Virus record (IMG/VR): IMGVR_UViG_3300041413_000047
Coordinates: 1-64,000 of that record
Length of the DNA: 64,000 nt
Strand: one strand, 5' to 3'
Source: a virus
Lineage: Duplodnaviria; Caudoviricetes
Part shown: piece after piece, positions 17,368-27,089 of the stretch
Layout: the number at the start of each line of letters is the position of its first letter
Position numbering within the stretch: position 1 is the stretch's first letter
Notes under the pieces: model-generated
What the model was told of the DNA's origin: nothing
What the model saw: only the letters and a program-made list of their open reading frames with translations
Database searches by the model: none
Made by a program: the position numbers and the translations under genes

Positions 17368-18818
17368 GACGCCACCGCGGTCGCGCCGATGTCCTCGCCG
17401 GTCAGCGCCTCGACAGCCATCGCGACCAGGTCGCGGGCGGCGTTCGGCGTAACAGCGTTCCCCAGCATCTTCACCCGGGTCCGCTTGTCGACCGGCGTGA
17501 GGATGTACTCCTTCGGGAAGTGCATCGCCGCCTGGTACTCGTGCGGATCCAGCATCCGGTAGCCGCAGTCGTCCACCGACTGGACCTGGCCGCCGTAGAT
17601 CGCCGCGTGACCCTCGACGGTCGTGACCGTACCGAGTGGTTCCGCGGCTGGCTGGGCGATGCTGCTGCTGTAGTACGGCAGGACCATGTCCGGGGCCGTG
17701 ACCAGGAAGTGGTGGTTGCCGCCCGCGGTGACCGTCGACAGCGGTTCCGTGACGGCCCGGTGTGAGGAGCCCCCGCCGCGCAGCTCGACCACGTAGGGCG
17801 GCAGTGCCACGCCGGTCTCGTTGCGGGTGGTCACCGTGCGCAGCGGGTCGAGGATGTCCATCGGAGGCTTCTCGCGGCCCTCGTTCGGGACGAGGAAGGG
17901 GCGGGAGAACTTCTCGTACCCGGCGTTGATGCGGCGCAGAGTATTGGCCGCGAGCTCGTCCTTGGTGCCCTTGCGTTCACCGATGGTCCGGGCCGGCAGA
18001 CTCCAGTCGATGATCTGGGCGGCACTACGCACGGCCGGGGTGACGACCGCGTTACGGCAGGCGACCTGCGGGCATCGCCACACGTACTGGCCGGTCTTCC
18101 CGTACCGGCCCCACGGGCGCATCGGCGTGCACATCTTCGTCGTCTTCCACGCCTGGATCGCCCGGACGGGGCCGTGCATCGGGCACACTGCGGTGGGGCG
18201 CAGCCACTTGTCGAAGTCCGGGGCGTGCTCGACCTGCTCGGGCAGCCAGAACACGTCGTACTTGCGGTCCCGGGACTGGGCTGCGCCGTCGCCGAGCATC
18301 GAGGCGAACATGCTGTTGAGGTAGACGGCCTTGTGGGAGTAGCCGAGCCCGAACTTCATCGTGTACAGCCACGACTCATAGATGGCGCCCGGCCTGGATT
18401 TGGGGCCCCACCAGCGGGAGTCGACGACGTTCTCGACGATGACGAGGCGGTAGGCGTGCTCCTCGCAGAAGCGGGGCACGTCCCACATGGTGGCGCGGGA
18501 GCGGATCTCTGCTTCGCTGACGCCGTCGGGGGCGAACAGGCCGTCGTCCCACTCGCCGTGGTCGCGCTTCTTGCCCTTGGCGACGGAGTGGTTGGTGCAT
18601 TCGGGGGATGCCCACAGGATGTCGGTGCGCGGGTAGCGGCCAGGCACCACCTGTGAGATGTCGGCGCAGTCGTGGCGGGTGTCGGGGTGGTTGGCCTGGT
18701 GGGTGTCGATGGCGTGGCGGGAGTGGTTGGCGGCCATGACGACTTCGACGCCGGGGATTTGGATGGCGCCGGTGGAGGAGCCGCCGGCTCCACAGAACAG
18801 GTCGGTCATGGTGGTCAT
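17364..18818 (-). CDS. DNA (cytosine-5) methyltransferase
   Basis: DLFCGAGG (motif I), SPEC (IV), ENV (VI), GNAVT (X). Confidence 0.92.
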   Translation of the reverse strand: MTTMTDLFCGAGGSSTGAIQIPGVEVVMAANHSRHAIDTHQANHPDTRHDCADISQVVPGRYPRTDILWASPECTNHSVAKGKKRDHGEWDDGLFAPDGVSEAEIRSRATMWDVPRFCEEHAYRLVIVENVVDSRWWGPKSRPGAIYESWLYTMKFGLGYSHKAVYLNSMFASMLGDGAAQSRDRKYDVFWLPEQVEHAPDFDKWLRPTAVCPMHGPVRAIQAWKTTKMCTPMRPWGRYGKTGQYVWRCPQVACRNAVVTPAVRSAAQIIDWSLPARTIGERKGTKDELAANTLRRINAGYEKFSRPFLVPNEGREKPPMDILDPLRTVTTRNETGVALPPYVVELRGGGSSHRAVTEPLSTVTAGGNHHFLVTAPDMVLPYYSSSIAQPAAEPLGTVTTVEGHAAIYGGQVQSVDDCGYRMLDPHEYQAAMHFPKEYILTPVDKRTRVKMLGNAVTPNAARDLVAMAVEALTGEDIGATAVAS

Positions 18819-19084
18819 GAGCCGTCCTCCTTCCGGTGTTCGTTGATGGCGTCGCGGAGCTGGTCGAATCCGGCGGCGACTTCGGGGTTGGCGAGGAGGT
18901 ACTCGTCGAGGTGCGCGTCGAGGTCTTCGAGGAGGCGCAGTGCGTCCGGGCCGACGTCGTGCCGGGTGCTGGCTTCCGTGATGCGGCGACTGCGCGGGTC
19001 GGGCTTTGCGTGGTCGCGGCGGTGCTGCCAGACGAGGCCCACGGCGGCGAGGACAGCGATGATGCAGGCGGCGAGGACGGTCAT
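18815..19084 (-). CDS. Membrane-anchored hypothetical protein
   Basis: N-terminal TM; ATGA coupling. Confidence 0.6.
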   Translation of the reverse strand: MTVLAACIIAVLAAVGLVWQHRRDHAKPDPRSRRITEASTRHDVGPDALRLLEDLDAHLDEYLLANPEVAAGFDQLRDAINEHRKEDGS

Positions 19085-19704
19085 CGGGACACCGCCGGGA
19101 GGTTGTGCCACTCGACGCCGCGCAGTGCCTGCTCCGCCCACGCGTCCGGGACTTCGGCCAGGACGTGGCCGAGGGAGTGGAGGCCGAGGGCGAGGAGGAT
19201 GTACGCGTCGCTCTGGTCGTAGCGGTGCTTGCCCTCGGTCAGCAGCCCGTACCGCTCGTGTACGGCGTCGCGGACCATGCCCTTGCCGATCTCGTACCGC
19301 TTGTTCTTCGGGACCGTGGTGGGGACGGGGCGCGCCTTGCCGGTGGCGTACACGTTGCGGGACTGCGGGTTGATGACGGCGTACGGGATGCCGCGCTTCC
19401 ACAGGTCTTGGCGGACCATCCAGCGGAGGGCGGCGAGGGCGTCGGCGCCGGTGTTGTTCTTCGAGTAGGCGGGGCCTTCGATGATCACGTAGTCGGCGTT
19501 GCGGTAGAAGGTGGCGCAGCCTTCGAGTTGCTGGTTGAAGCGTTCGTGGAGGTTCTTCGCGGGGGCGTGGACGTAGTCGGTCCAGCCGACGCCTGCGACT
19601 CCGGTGACGATGGTCGCGGCGTCGAGGCCGATGACGAGGGGCCGCGGGCCGGCCGCCACGGGGACGGCCGGAACCTCGGGGGCGAGGTCGAAGAGGGCGG
19701 TCAT
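19081..19704 (-). CDS. RuvC-like Holliday junction resolvase
   Basis: VIGLD, VIIEG, K-x-V, DQSDAY acidic motifs. Confidence 0.8.
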   Translation of the reverse strand: MTALFDLAPEVPAVPVAAGPRPLVIGLDAATIVTGVAGVGWTDYVHAPAKNLHERFNQQLEGCATFYRNADYVIIEGPAYSKNNTGADALAALRWMVRQDLWKRGIPYAVINPQSRNVYATGKARPVPTTVPKNKRYEIGKGMVRDAVHERYGLLTEGKHRYDQSDAYILLALGLHSLGHVLAEVPDAWAEQALRGVEWHNLPAVSR

Positions 19705-20171
19705 GGGCGGGTCCCCCCGATGGTTGGGGTGTTGGCGCGGGCCGAATCCCTGCGCCGGCGCGCGGATTCTCTGCGGCAGGCCCGGCAATCGCGCCACCCG
19801 TTCTTGACGAGGATGGTGTTCGCCTCGTCGTACCGGTGGCCCTGCGGGCAGTGTGTTTTCTGCCTGTTGATGGACGAAAAGCTTTCGCCGCGGCGCACGT
19901 TCTCGGCGTTCGTAACCGGCTCAAGGTGGGCCGGGTTCACGCACGCCCGGTTGCGGCACAGGTGGTCGATGTACAGCCCGTCCGGTATCGGACCGACGAG
20001 GATCATGTACGCAGCGCGATGGGCGTTGATCGTTGGCGAGCCGCCTTTGCCGAGGCGCATGCGCCCGTAACCGGACTGGGGGTGAAGAGATCCAGTCCAG
20101 AGCCAACACCCGTCAGTTTTGGCCACCTTCGACCAGAAGCGGACTTCCAGGGGTTTCGCCTTAGGGGCCAT
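19701..20171 (-). CDS. HNH endonuclease (HNH_3 type, possibly mobile)
   Basis: RFWSKV..CWLWTG...AHR...IDHLCRNRACVNPAHL. Confidence 0.9.
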   Translation of the reverse strand: MAPKAKPLEVRFWSKVAKTDGCWLWTGSLHPQSGYGRMRLGKGGSPTINAHRAAYMILVGPIPDGLYIDHLCRNRACVNPAHLEPVTNAENVRRGESFSSINRQKTHCPQGHRYDEANTILVKNGWRDCRACRRESARRRRDSARANTPTIGGTRP

Positions 20172-20488
20172 CAGGACTCCCTCTGCGCAGCTTGGAAACA
20201 ACGTCCGCAGATCCAGCCGTCCGGGTAGAGGGCGCCGGACTCGTAGCGGAAGTCGTTCGGGCACCACTGCCAGGTGCGCGGCGGGTCCGTGTCGTACGGA
20301 GCGGCGTACTCGGCCTCGTACTTGAGGAGTTCGTCGAGCGGCACGACCTCGGCGACCAGCTCGGCGGCGTGCGAGCGGCGGTGCCGGGCCGGTTCGGCGG
20401 GCTGCGTCACCCACCAGCGGGCCACCCGGGCGGCGGCAGCGAGGTCGACCATGAGGACCATCGCGCCGGCAGTGATTCGGTCGTTCAC
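20171..20488 (-). CDS. Hypothetical protein with C-terminal Zn ribbon
   Basis: WCP...CGRC; GTGA coupling. Confidence 0.55.
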   Translation of the reverse strand: MNDRITAGAMVLMVDLAAAARVARWWVTQPAEPARHRRSHAAELVAEVVPLDELLKYEAEYAAPYDTDPPRTWQWCPNDFRYESGALYPDGWICGRCFQAAQRES

Positions 20489-20961
20489 GACGTCACCGCC
20501 CCGTCGGGCTTCGGCGTCTCGTAGCCGGGCTGCCATACCGAGCTGTCGAGGAGGCCGCCGGGCGGCATACCGGGCGCGTTGTCCAACTCCTTCTGCAGGT
20601 GGTCGCCGCGCTTGCGTTCCCGCCTCATCTCGGCCCTTGCGATGGCGGCTTCCTCGCGCGCCTTGGCTGCGGCCTTCTGGAGGGCGGCGATCCTCTCCGC
20701 GGTACGCTTCGCGGCCGCCGGGTTGAATCCGTTCGCGACCTGCGCCTCGGCGAGCCGGTCGCCGAGCGCCTTGTTGCGGCCGGTCAGGCGGGTGTTCGCG
20801 GCGTCAAGTTCGGCATGCTGGCGGGTGATGCTGCGCCGGGCTTCGATCTCCGTGGCGGTGCGGGCTTCGGCCTTGACTGCGCGCGCACGCTGACGGTTGG
20901 TCTCCGCGCGGGCGGCGGCGAGTTCCTCGTCGTGGCGGCGGCGGGAGATGAACCAGCTCAT
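20485..20961 (-). CDS. Coiled-coil hypothetical protein
   Basis: ATGA coupling. Confidence 0.6.
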   Translation of the reverse strand: MSWFISRRRHDEELAAARAETNRQRARAVKAEARTATEIEARRSITRQHAELDAANTRLTGRNKALGDRLAEAQVANGFNPAAAKRTAERIAALQKAAAKAREEAAIARAEMRRERKRGDHLQKELDNAPGMPPGGLLDSSVWQPGYETPKPDGAVTS

Positions 20962-21770
20962 GCCGCACCGCCGACCGGGCGCAGCGGCCATGAGCCGTCG
21001 ATGACGACGTTCGGGTCCGTCTTGCGGAAGTGCTCCTGCAACCCGGCGGCCCGCTCGGCAGCCCACCCGATCTGGCGGCGGTGCAACTCCTCGACATCGA
21101 CGCCCGCGAGGTCGTCGAACCGGTCGTACGGGCCACGACTGTTGCGCAGGTTCTGCACCCACTCGGGGCGCTGATCGCGCGGGCGGCTGGCGATGTTGCC
21201 CATGTGCCAGGCGGCGCGCGCCGACATCAGCGCGTCGTACGTTGCGCCGTGCGCCTGCTCGTCGTCCCAGCCCAGGCGATAGGTCTGGGCGGTGGTCTTC
21301 ATCTCGTACGCGCCCTGGTCCTTCGACACGCGACGGCGGTAGGGCGCGGCCCACCAGTCGAGGATCATCGTGTCGATGACGCGGGTGAGCGGGGCCCGGC
21401 AGATCCCCTCCAGGGAGTCGCCGAGGTGGCGCAGGCATTCGTGGTTGAGGAGGTTGAGGTCGTAGCTGCCGAGGTTGTGGCCGACGAGCGGCGTGCCGGC
21501 CGCAACGACTTCGGCAATGGCTTTCGCGATCTCGCCGACGCCTTGCTCTGCGACCATGCCGTGTTCGGCCGCGTACTCGTTGGTGATCTTGTGCTTCTCG
21601 ATCGCGCCCGGCTCCATCGGGATGCCCGGGTTGAGGAGCCATTCGCGGGTGTCGGCGGGCTGTCCGCCGCCGACGAGGATGAGCGCGCAGGTCACGATCC
21701 GCGCGGACTCGGGGTGTTTGTCAGAGCTCTCGAAGTCGAGGGCGGCCATGCGGCCGAGGTACCAGCTCAT
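20958..21770 (-). CDS. DnaQ/DEDDh 3'-5' exonuclease
   Basis: ALDFES, GHN..SYD, AHGATYDA. Confidence 0.88.
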   Translation of the reverse strand: MSWYLGRMAALDFESSDKHPESARIVTCALILVGGGQPADTREWLLNPGIPMEPGAIEKHKITNEYAAEHGMVAEQGVGEIAKAIAEVVAAGTPLVGHNLGSYDLNLLNHECLRHLGDSLEGICRAPLTRVIDTMILDWWAAPYRRRVSKDQGAYEMKTTAQTYRLGWDDEQAHGATYDALMSARAAWHMGNIASRPRDQRPEWVQNLRNSRGPYDRFDDLAGVDVEELHRRQIGWAAERAAGLQEHFRKTDPNVVIDGSWPLRPVGGAA

Positions 21771-21809
21771 GGGGTGGCTCTCCGTTCGGTGGTGTGGTCT
21801 TCTGAACCG

Positions 21810-21844
21810 GGCCGCCCCGCCTGATATCGGCGGGCGGGGCGGCC
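21810..21844. terminator. Intergenic hairpin (terminator/attenuator or processing site)
   Basis: 12-bp stem GGCCGCCCCGCC/GGCGGGGCGGCC. Confidence 0.55.
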
Positions 21845-21857
21845 ACCTACTGGCCGG

Positions 21858-22727
21858 TCAGGCCTTGGAGCCGGGCTGCGCGGCCTCAGGCCAGTTGGCC
21901 GAGCCCTCAGCCGCCACGGGCGCCGACGCCTGCTTGTTGATCTCGTCGACCGTCACTCGCGGCAGCGGGAACTCCTCGTCCGCCGTCACCTCGCCGCGCT
22001 GGATCGACTGGAACGCCACCAACAGCTGCGCCACGTCGTGCTCCGTCCACTTCCCTGACGGCCGGCCCAACTTCGTCTCGATGCGGTCCTGCGTGACCCC
22101 GACGCCCTCGAACGCCCGGATGGCGTCGGCGATGCGCTGCGGGAGCGGCTTGCCGCCACCGTCGGCCAGCGTCTTAGTGCAGATCTGCTTGGCCTCTTCG
22201 ACGAACCACGGCGGGAGGATCGCGAAGATCGCCTCACGGACGCGGCGGGCACCGTTGTTCGCGTTGTTCTCGTAGATGTCCCGCATGTCGGTGAGCTGCT
22301 TCGGGCCGCCCTTCTGGTCCCTCTTGTGAGGCACGATGAACGTCGAGGAGTTGCGGGAGTTCTTCTCGACGTCCCAGGCGAACGCCTGCATCTCGGACTG
22401 CCCGAACTCGTCGTCGCGGCGCATCTCGACGAGGCCGTACTGGATGTTGCCCCAGCAGCGGGCCAGCTCGCGGGCGAGGTGGACGGAGGCGCCGGTGATG
22501 TTCCCGGAGCCGCGGGAGTAGCGGAAGAAGGCGCGCTCGGCGAGGAACATCTGCTGGCAGGACTGCCGCATCTCGGAGATCGCCGAGTTGATGTCGCGGG
22601 GCACCTGCTGGGCGACGACGATCGCGGCCTGGACTTCGGCGACGGCGCGGGACTGCTCGACAGCCGTCCCTTGGCCGATGCGGGCCGGTACGGCGGCCGG
22701 GGCCGGGCGCTCGACGGGGTAGTTCAC
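21858..22727 (-). CDS. Putative single-strand annealing recombinase
   Basis: Coupled downstream of RecE-like nuclease; YSRG..ITGASVHLARELARCWGNI. Confidence 0.55.
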   Translation of the reverse strand: MNYPVERPAPAAVPARIGQGTAVEQSRAVAEVQAAIVVAQQVPRDINSAISEMRQSCQQMFLAERAFFRYSRGSGNITGASVHLARELARCWGNIQYGLVEMRRDDEFGQSEMQAFAWDVEKNSRNSSTFIVPHKRDQKGGPKQLTDMRDIYENNANNGARRVREAIFAILPPWFVEEAKQICTKTLADGGGKPLPQRIADAIRAFEGVGVTQDRIETKLGRPSGKWTEHDVAQLLVAFQSIQRGEVTADEEFPLPRVTVDEINKQASAPVAAEGSANWPEAAQPGSKA

Positions 22728-23587
22728 AGGTACTCCTCGGTGTCACGGATGGCGGCCCAAGCGGGCAGGGAGAGGTAGGCGATTTCGTTGCTGTAGCCGG
22801 GCCAGACACCCGACTCGGTGCACTCGGCGAAGACTTCGAGGGCGCGCCGGTTACGGGCGGCGCCGATACGGCGGGCCTCGGCGTCCATCTCGACGACCGT
22901 CACGATGTACGGGGCCGTCTTCTCCTGGCAGACGAAGACGAACGCAGCCGTCTCGTCGGCGAGACCGAGCGCCCGGGCGGCGGCCCGGTACCAGTCGTCT
23001 TGCTGGTGGTAGCCGAAGTCCTCCACCGCCCGGGCGAGCGCGGCCGGTTCAGCGGATCGGCAGGTCTTGTAGTCGGGGATGATGAGCCGGCCGGAGCGGG
23101 CGTCGGGCAGCCAGTCGAACCGGGCCCGCCGCATCACGCCGGTGGGGCGGTCGCGCCAGAACAGGGACTGCTCCGGCTTTCCGCGCGCCGGGTCGAACAG
23201 GACCGACGCGATGGGGTGGCGGCGCAGGGCGTCGGCCATCGAGTGGACTTGCTCGTACTCGGCTGGCTTGAGGGGGATGCCGCCTTCGTCGCGGATCGCG
23301 GCGACCTCGGCTTTGACGGCTGCTGTCGTCCACTTGTCGGCGTCGACCTGGACGAGGTCGGGGCCTTCGCCGAGCACCAGCTTGTGCGCGGCCGTGCCCA
23401 GCTCGAACGTCTTCTTCGGCTCGGGCGGGGTGTCCTGTGCGTGCCGGAACAGGGCGGGGCAGGACGGCGGGAGGAGCAGGCGGGCGCCGGAGGAGGAGAG
23501 GCTGCCGCGGTCGGCGTGGTACTCCTCGTTGGTCATCTGGTAGATGCCGGGCTCGGTGATGCCGGTGGTCTCGGCGACGGTTGCCAT
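22724..23587 (-). CDS. RecE/exonuclease VIII-like PD-(D/E)xK nuclease (DUF3799-like)
   Basis: EEYHAD..SLSSS, GTAAH, RARFD..IPDYKT, YHQQ..WY. Confidence 0.85.
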   Translation of the reverse strand: MATVAETTGITEPGIYQMTNEEYHADRGSLSSSGARLLLPPSCPALFRHAQDTPPEPKKTFELGTAAHKLVLGEGPDLVQVDADKWTTAAVKAEVAAIRDEGGIPLKPAEYEQVHSMADALRRHPIASVLFDPARGKPEQSLFWRDRPTGVMRRARFDWLPDARSGRLIIPDYKTCRSAEPAALARAVEDFGYHQQDDWYRAAARALGLADETAAFVFVCQEKTAPYIVTVVEMDAEARRIGAARNRRALEVFAECTESGVWPGYSNEIAYLSLPAWAAIRDTEEYL

Positions 23588-24057
23588 CAGGCGGAACCGC
23601 CCTTCTCGCAGTAGGTGTAGTAGCGGCGCGGGGTGTCGCCGCCGTGGAGGTCGAGGTGACCGTCGCGGTGCAGAGCGGCGAGGTAGCGGCGCACGGTGAA
23701 GCGGAGGACGTGCGTGCCGAGGAGTTGGTGCCACGTGCGCCTCACGCGGCCGGTGGTCCACTCCCCGCCCTCCGCCCGGATCGCCTCCAGGACCAACTTC
23801 CGGACGCTGCGCACCGGGCGGGCGGGGCCGGGGTTCCTGCTGAGCTGGTAGAAGCGGCGCCCGCAGTGTTCGGCGGGTACGAGGTAGGCGCGCCGGGCGA
23901 GGTCCCGGAGGTCGCGGCGGGCGGTGTTCCTGCCGGTCGTGGCCCACTCGCGGGACTTGGCATAGATATCCAGGGCCCGCTTGGTGGTGACGGGGCCGCC
24001 ACCGAAGCGCCGGACGGCGGCGAGGAGGTACTCGCGGCGGATGGTGGTGTCGGTCAC
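23587..24057 (-). CDS. Tandem winged-helix protein
   Basis: Two similar units: TARRDLRDLARRAYL and TVRRYLAALHRDGHL. Confidence 0.6.
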   Translation of the reverse strand: MTDTTIRREYLLAAVRRFGGGPVTTKRALDIYAKSREWATTGRNTARRDLRDLARRAYLVPAEHCGRRFYQLSRNPGPARPVRSVRKLVLEAIRAEGGEWTTGRVRRTWHQLLGTHVLRFTVRRYLAALHRDGHLDLHGGDTPRRYYTYCEKGGSA

Positions 24058-24230
24058 GGCCGGCTCCCCTTCCTTCGGATGTCGGGTGCGGTGGCGTATC
24101 CGGCCATGCCTGTGCCGGCGGCGACGAGGAGGGCGGCGGATCCGGCTTTGAGTGCGGCGAGCGGGATGGCGGCCAGGGCCATCGCGGTGAGGAGGGTGGC
24201 CGTCCAGTGGGCGGCGAGACGCACACTCAC
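24054..24230 (-). CDS. Small membrane protein
   Basis: Two hydrophobic helices; GTGA coupling. Confidence 0.55.
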   Translation of the reverse strand: MSVRLAAHWTATLLTAMALAAIPLAALKAGSAALLVAAGTGMAGYATAPDIRRKGSRP

Positions 24231-25009
24231 GCGGCACCGCCCTTGCGGACGTACGCGGCGAGACGGCAGTGAATCCCCCACCACGTCACATGCCGTGGAG
24301 CGACCGACACCTCATCCCACTCGGCATCCAGCAACTCGTAGAAGCCGTCGTCCGCCGTGCACCCGCCCCAGCTCTCACCCGCGTACAGCAGGAGGTCGCC
24401 CTCGTACAGCGACAGCGCATGCCGGGCATGCTCACCCCCATACGGGGGCCACACCATCAGCAGCGCCCGATCCTGGTGGTGCTTCACCGCCGACGCGTCA
24501 TCCGGCAGGACCGTGGTGTACGGGCCGCCCTTGCAGAATCCGTTGTCGTCGGCGGGCGGATGCGGGTCGTACGCGGCGACATCCACCCCGGCCTGCTCCA
24601 ACTGCCAGGCCCAGTAGCCGGACCCGGCGCCGATCTCGACGACGGCCCGGCCGTTGAGCTGTTCGACCATCCAGGAGACGTCGCCGGGCGAGACGATCGA
24701 CCAGGCGTACGTCTTGGCCAGGTGGGTGCGCGAGGCGCCCGCCTGATCCAGTTCGGCGGCCGTCTCCTTGGAGAACGCGTTGAACGTGTACGTCGGCTGG
24801 AGTTCGGTGGCGCTGGACCAGTACGGCTCGGCGGGCATCCAACGGACGGCTTCCCACAGCGGGTTGTGGACGCCTTCGGGGACAGCCTGGTTCTGGCCGG
24901 ATTGGGCGATCGGCTGGAACGGCTGGGCGCCGCTGCCGAAGTGGCGACGTCCGGCGCCGGGCTCCCGCCAGGCGGCCTGGAGGCGGGTCACGATGCGGTC
25001 GATGCTCAT
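24227..25009 (-). CDS. Class I SAM-dependent methyltransferase, substrate unknown
   Basis: VVEIGAGSGYW, AAYD, WPPY, YAGE. Confidence 0.8.
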   Translation of the reverse strand: MSIDRIVTRLQAAWREPGAGRRHFGSGAQPFQPIAQSGQNQAVPEGVHNPLWEAVRWMPAEPYWSSATELQPTYTFNAFSKETAAELDQAGASRTHLAKTYAWSIVSPGDVSWMVEQLNGRAVVEIGAGSGYWAWQLEQAGVDVAAYDPHPPADDNGFCKGGPYTTVLPDDASAVKHHQDRALLMVWPPYGGEHARHALSLYEGDLLLYAGESWGGCTADDGFYELLDAEWDEVSVAPRHVTWWGIHCRLAAYVRKGGAA

Positions 25010-25434
25010 GCCGTCCTCCGGTCCTGCTTCGGGAACGGGTTGGCCTTCAGGTGCGCGCGGGTCTTGGCGTGCGTCGGGTGCTTGATCAGCGACGCGCCCT
25101 GCTGGAACCGGGACGTGACCCGCTCCACCTCCGTCAGCTCCAGCAGCAGACGACGGACGTCGTGCGAGTCGATCTCGATCTGGGCGTCGTCCATGCCCGC
25201 CACGTCCTCAACCTGCTCGACAGCGGCGTCCAGCTCGCCCTCACGGGCCACACCCCGCACGATCGCCGCCAGCTCGTCGAGGGCGTCGATGATGTCGTCG
25301 CGGGACTGCCGTTCACCCCAGTGCTGCACCAGCTGCATGAGGGTGTCGATACGGATCTGGTCGGCCCTGAGGACGCCGTGGAGGTGGTTGGCGCCGATCT
25401 CGTATGACAGGTCCGGCTTGTTCGAGTGGATCAT
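25006..25434 (-). CDS. Hypothetical protein
   Basis: ATGA coupling. Confidence 0.6.
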   Translation of the reverse strand: MIHSNKPDLSYEIGANHLHGVLRADQIRIDTLMQLVQHWGERQSRDDIIDALDELAAIVRGVAREGELDAAVEQVEDVAGMDDAQIEIDSHDVRRLLLELTEVERVTSRFQQGASLIKHPTHAKTRAHLKANPFPKQDRRTA

Positions 25435-25769
25435 CGCGTTGCCCTTTCCGGGCTGGCAGGGATGAGGAGGGCGAGGAGCGCAGCGGCAGTGATCGCGGCA
25501 TCACGCGGGGCCGTGCGGGCGGTCTTTGCGATGGCCTTGATGACGGCGCGGACCGAGTACGTGACGTTGGCGACGGCGATCAGTAGCCCGTCCCAGTCGC
25601 CCGACTCCAACGCCAGACGCACGCGGTAGCCCGCGCGGGACACCGCCGGACGCGGGTCGAAGTCCGCGAGGTCCGCGTCCACCGTCAGGAAGTACGGCAC
25701 GCAGTACGAGGCGTGGACACCGACAGCGAACGAGACGACCGCCAGCCAGTCCGAGAGAGAGTGCGTCAT
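25431..25769 (-). CDS. Membrane protein
   Basis: ATGA coupling; hydrophobic ends. Confidence 0.55.
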   Translation of the reverse strand: MTHSLSDWLAVVSFAVGVHASYCVPYFLTVDADLADFDPRPAVSRAGYRVRLALESGDWDGLLIAVANVTYSVRAVIKAIAKTARTAPRDAAITAAALLALLIPASPERATR

Positions 25770-26191
25770 CGGGTGCCACCGCCCCACGTAACCGCGGCCT
25801 CGTCGAACGACAGCGGCGTGACCCACGCGCCGAGCAGGTAGTCATGCATCCGGCAGTCGTCGGCCTCGCACTTCCACGGGTCGACAACCGGGGCGAACGG
25901 CAGCGGGACCCCGTACGTCATCGGGTCCGGGCAGCGGCACACCGACGTGCGGGCGTTCCGGCGGGCCAGCATGCGGGCCTTGATCTGCGCCTCGGTCGGC
26001 TGCTCCCACAGGTGGGAGTTCCGTCCCCGCAGGTTCCGACGCCCGTGGAAGCGCTGCTCGGTACCGCACCAGCGGCAGCCGAACGGTGTCGGCGGCTGCC
26101 CCTCAGGCCAGCGCACGTTGCCGTGCGCCATGCCCGTGTTGCAGTCCCGGTACAGGAACCCTGCGGGGTGGAAGGAGAGCCACTTCTTCAT
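25766..26191 (-). CDS. Cys/His-rich hypothetical protein
   Basis: CRWC...H...H. Confidence 0.55.
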   Translation of the reverse strand: MKKWLSFHPAGFLYRDCNTGMAHGNVRWPEGQPPTPFGCRWCGTEQRFHGRRNLRGRNSHLWEQPTEAQIKARMLARRNARTSVCRCPDPMTYGVPLPFAPVVDPWKCEADDCRMHDYLLGAWVTPLSFDEAAVTWGGGTR

Positions 26192-26880
26192 CGCGTCCCG
26201 CCCGTCTCGGGCAGGTCGCGGCCCAGACCCGGGCGGTACGGGTGGTACAGCGGGCTGTCGTGCGGGTCCTCACGCAGCGACGCCACCGGCATGTACGCCT
26301 GCCTCACCGCATCCGGGACAGCCTCCGGCTCCGGATCACCACGAAGCCCCTCGCCCGGAGTCCGCCAGTCCGCGCAAACCTTCTCGATGTCCGCGAGCAC
26401 CGTCCGGTCCGGCACCTCGGGCCCCGACCGCCACCGGCCCAACGCCGCCGACACCATGTCGTCGAGGAACATGCTCAGATCGCCGTCGTCCATCGCGTGC
26501 GCCCACGGCAGCGCCGGCGGATACGACGACCGCTCCACCAAACCCTCCGCTGCCGCACGCACCCGCACGATCCACTCCGGCGTGGGCAGTTCGAACAGTC
26601 GGGCCGCCTTGTCCTGCTCGTCGCAGAACGCGAGAACCGAATCCAGGCAGCGGGACAGGTAGGCCATCTCCTCGGCGATCGTCGGCTCCACGCCCACGTA
26701 CTTCCGGCGCTCCGCCTCCAGCTCGGCGATGCGAGCCTTCAACGTCTCGTTCTCCGCCTTCACGTCGGCGTCCAACGCCGCCGCAAGCTCAGCGAGAACC
26801 GCGCGGCCAGGGCCGACCGACACCGGCAGTGCACCCAACTCGCGCACCGCATCCGCAGCGTTCGTGATCGGCTCACTCAT
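26188..26880 (-). CDS. Coiled-coil hypothetical protein
   Basis: ATGA coupling. Confidence 0.6.
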   Translation of the reverse strand: MSEPITNAADAVRELGALPVSVGPGRAVLAELAAALDADVKAENETLKARIAELEAERRKYVGVEPTIAEEMAYLSRCLDSVLAFCDEQDKAARLFELPTPEWIVRVRAAAEGLVERSSYPPALPWAHAMDDGDLSMFLDDMVSAALGRWRSGPEVPDRTVLADIEKVCADWRTPGEGLRGDPEPEAVPDAVRQAYMPVASLREDPHDSPLYHPYRPGLGRDLPETGGTR

Positions 26881-27089
26881 GCCGCACCGCCCGCCGGGAG
26901 CAGCTCCGTGCCGAAGATCTCCTCCAGCTCCATCCGCGTCGACATCACGAACCGCGGGCACTTCTCCGGGTCCACGCCGTCGATCACGTACAGGGCGGCA
27001 CCGTTCCGCGTGTGCTCAGTGACACGCCAGACCTTGCCGTTCGGGGCGAGCAGGTCGACAGCCGTGCGCTCGATCGGAGACGTACTCAT
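26877..27089 (-). CDS. Hypothetical protein
   Basis: ATGA coupling. Confidence 0.6.
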   Translation of the reverse strand: MSTSPIERTAVDLLAPNGKVWRVTEHTRNGAALYVIDGVDPEKCPRFVMSTRMELEEIFGTELLPAGGAA

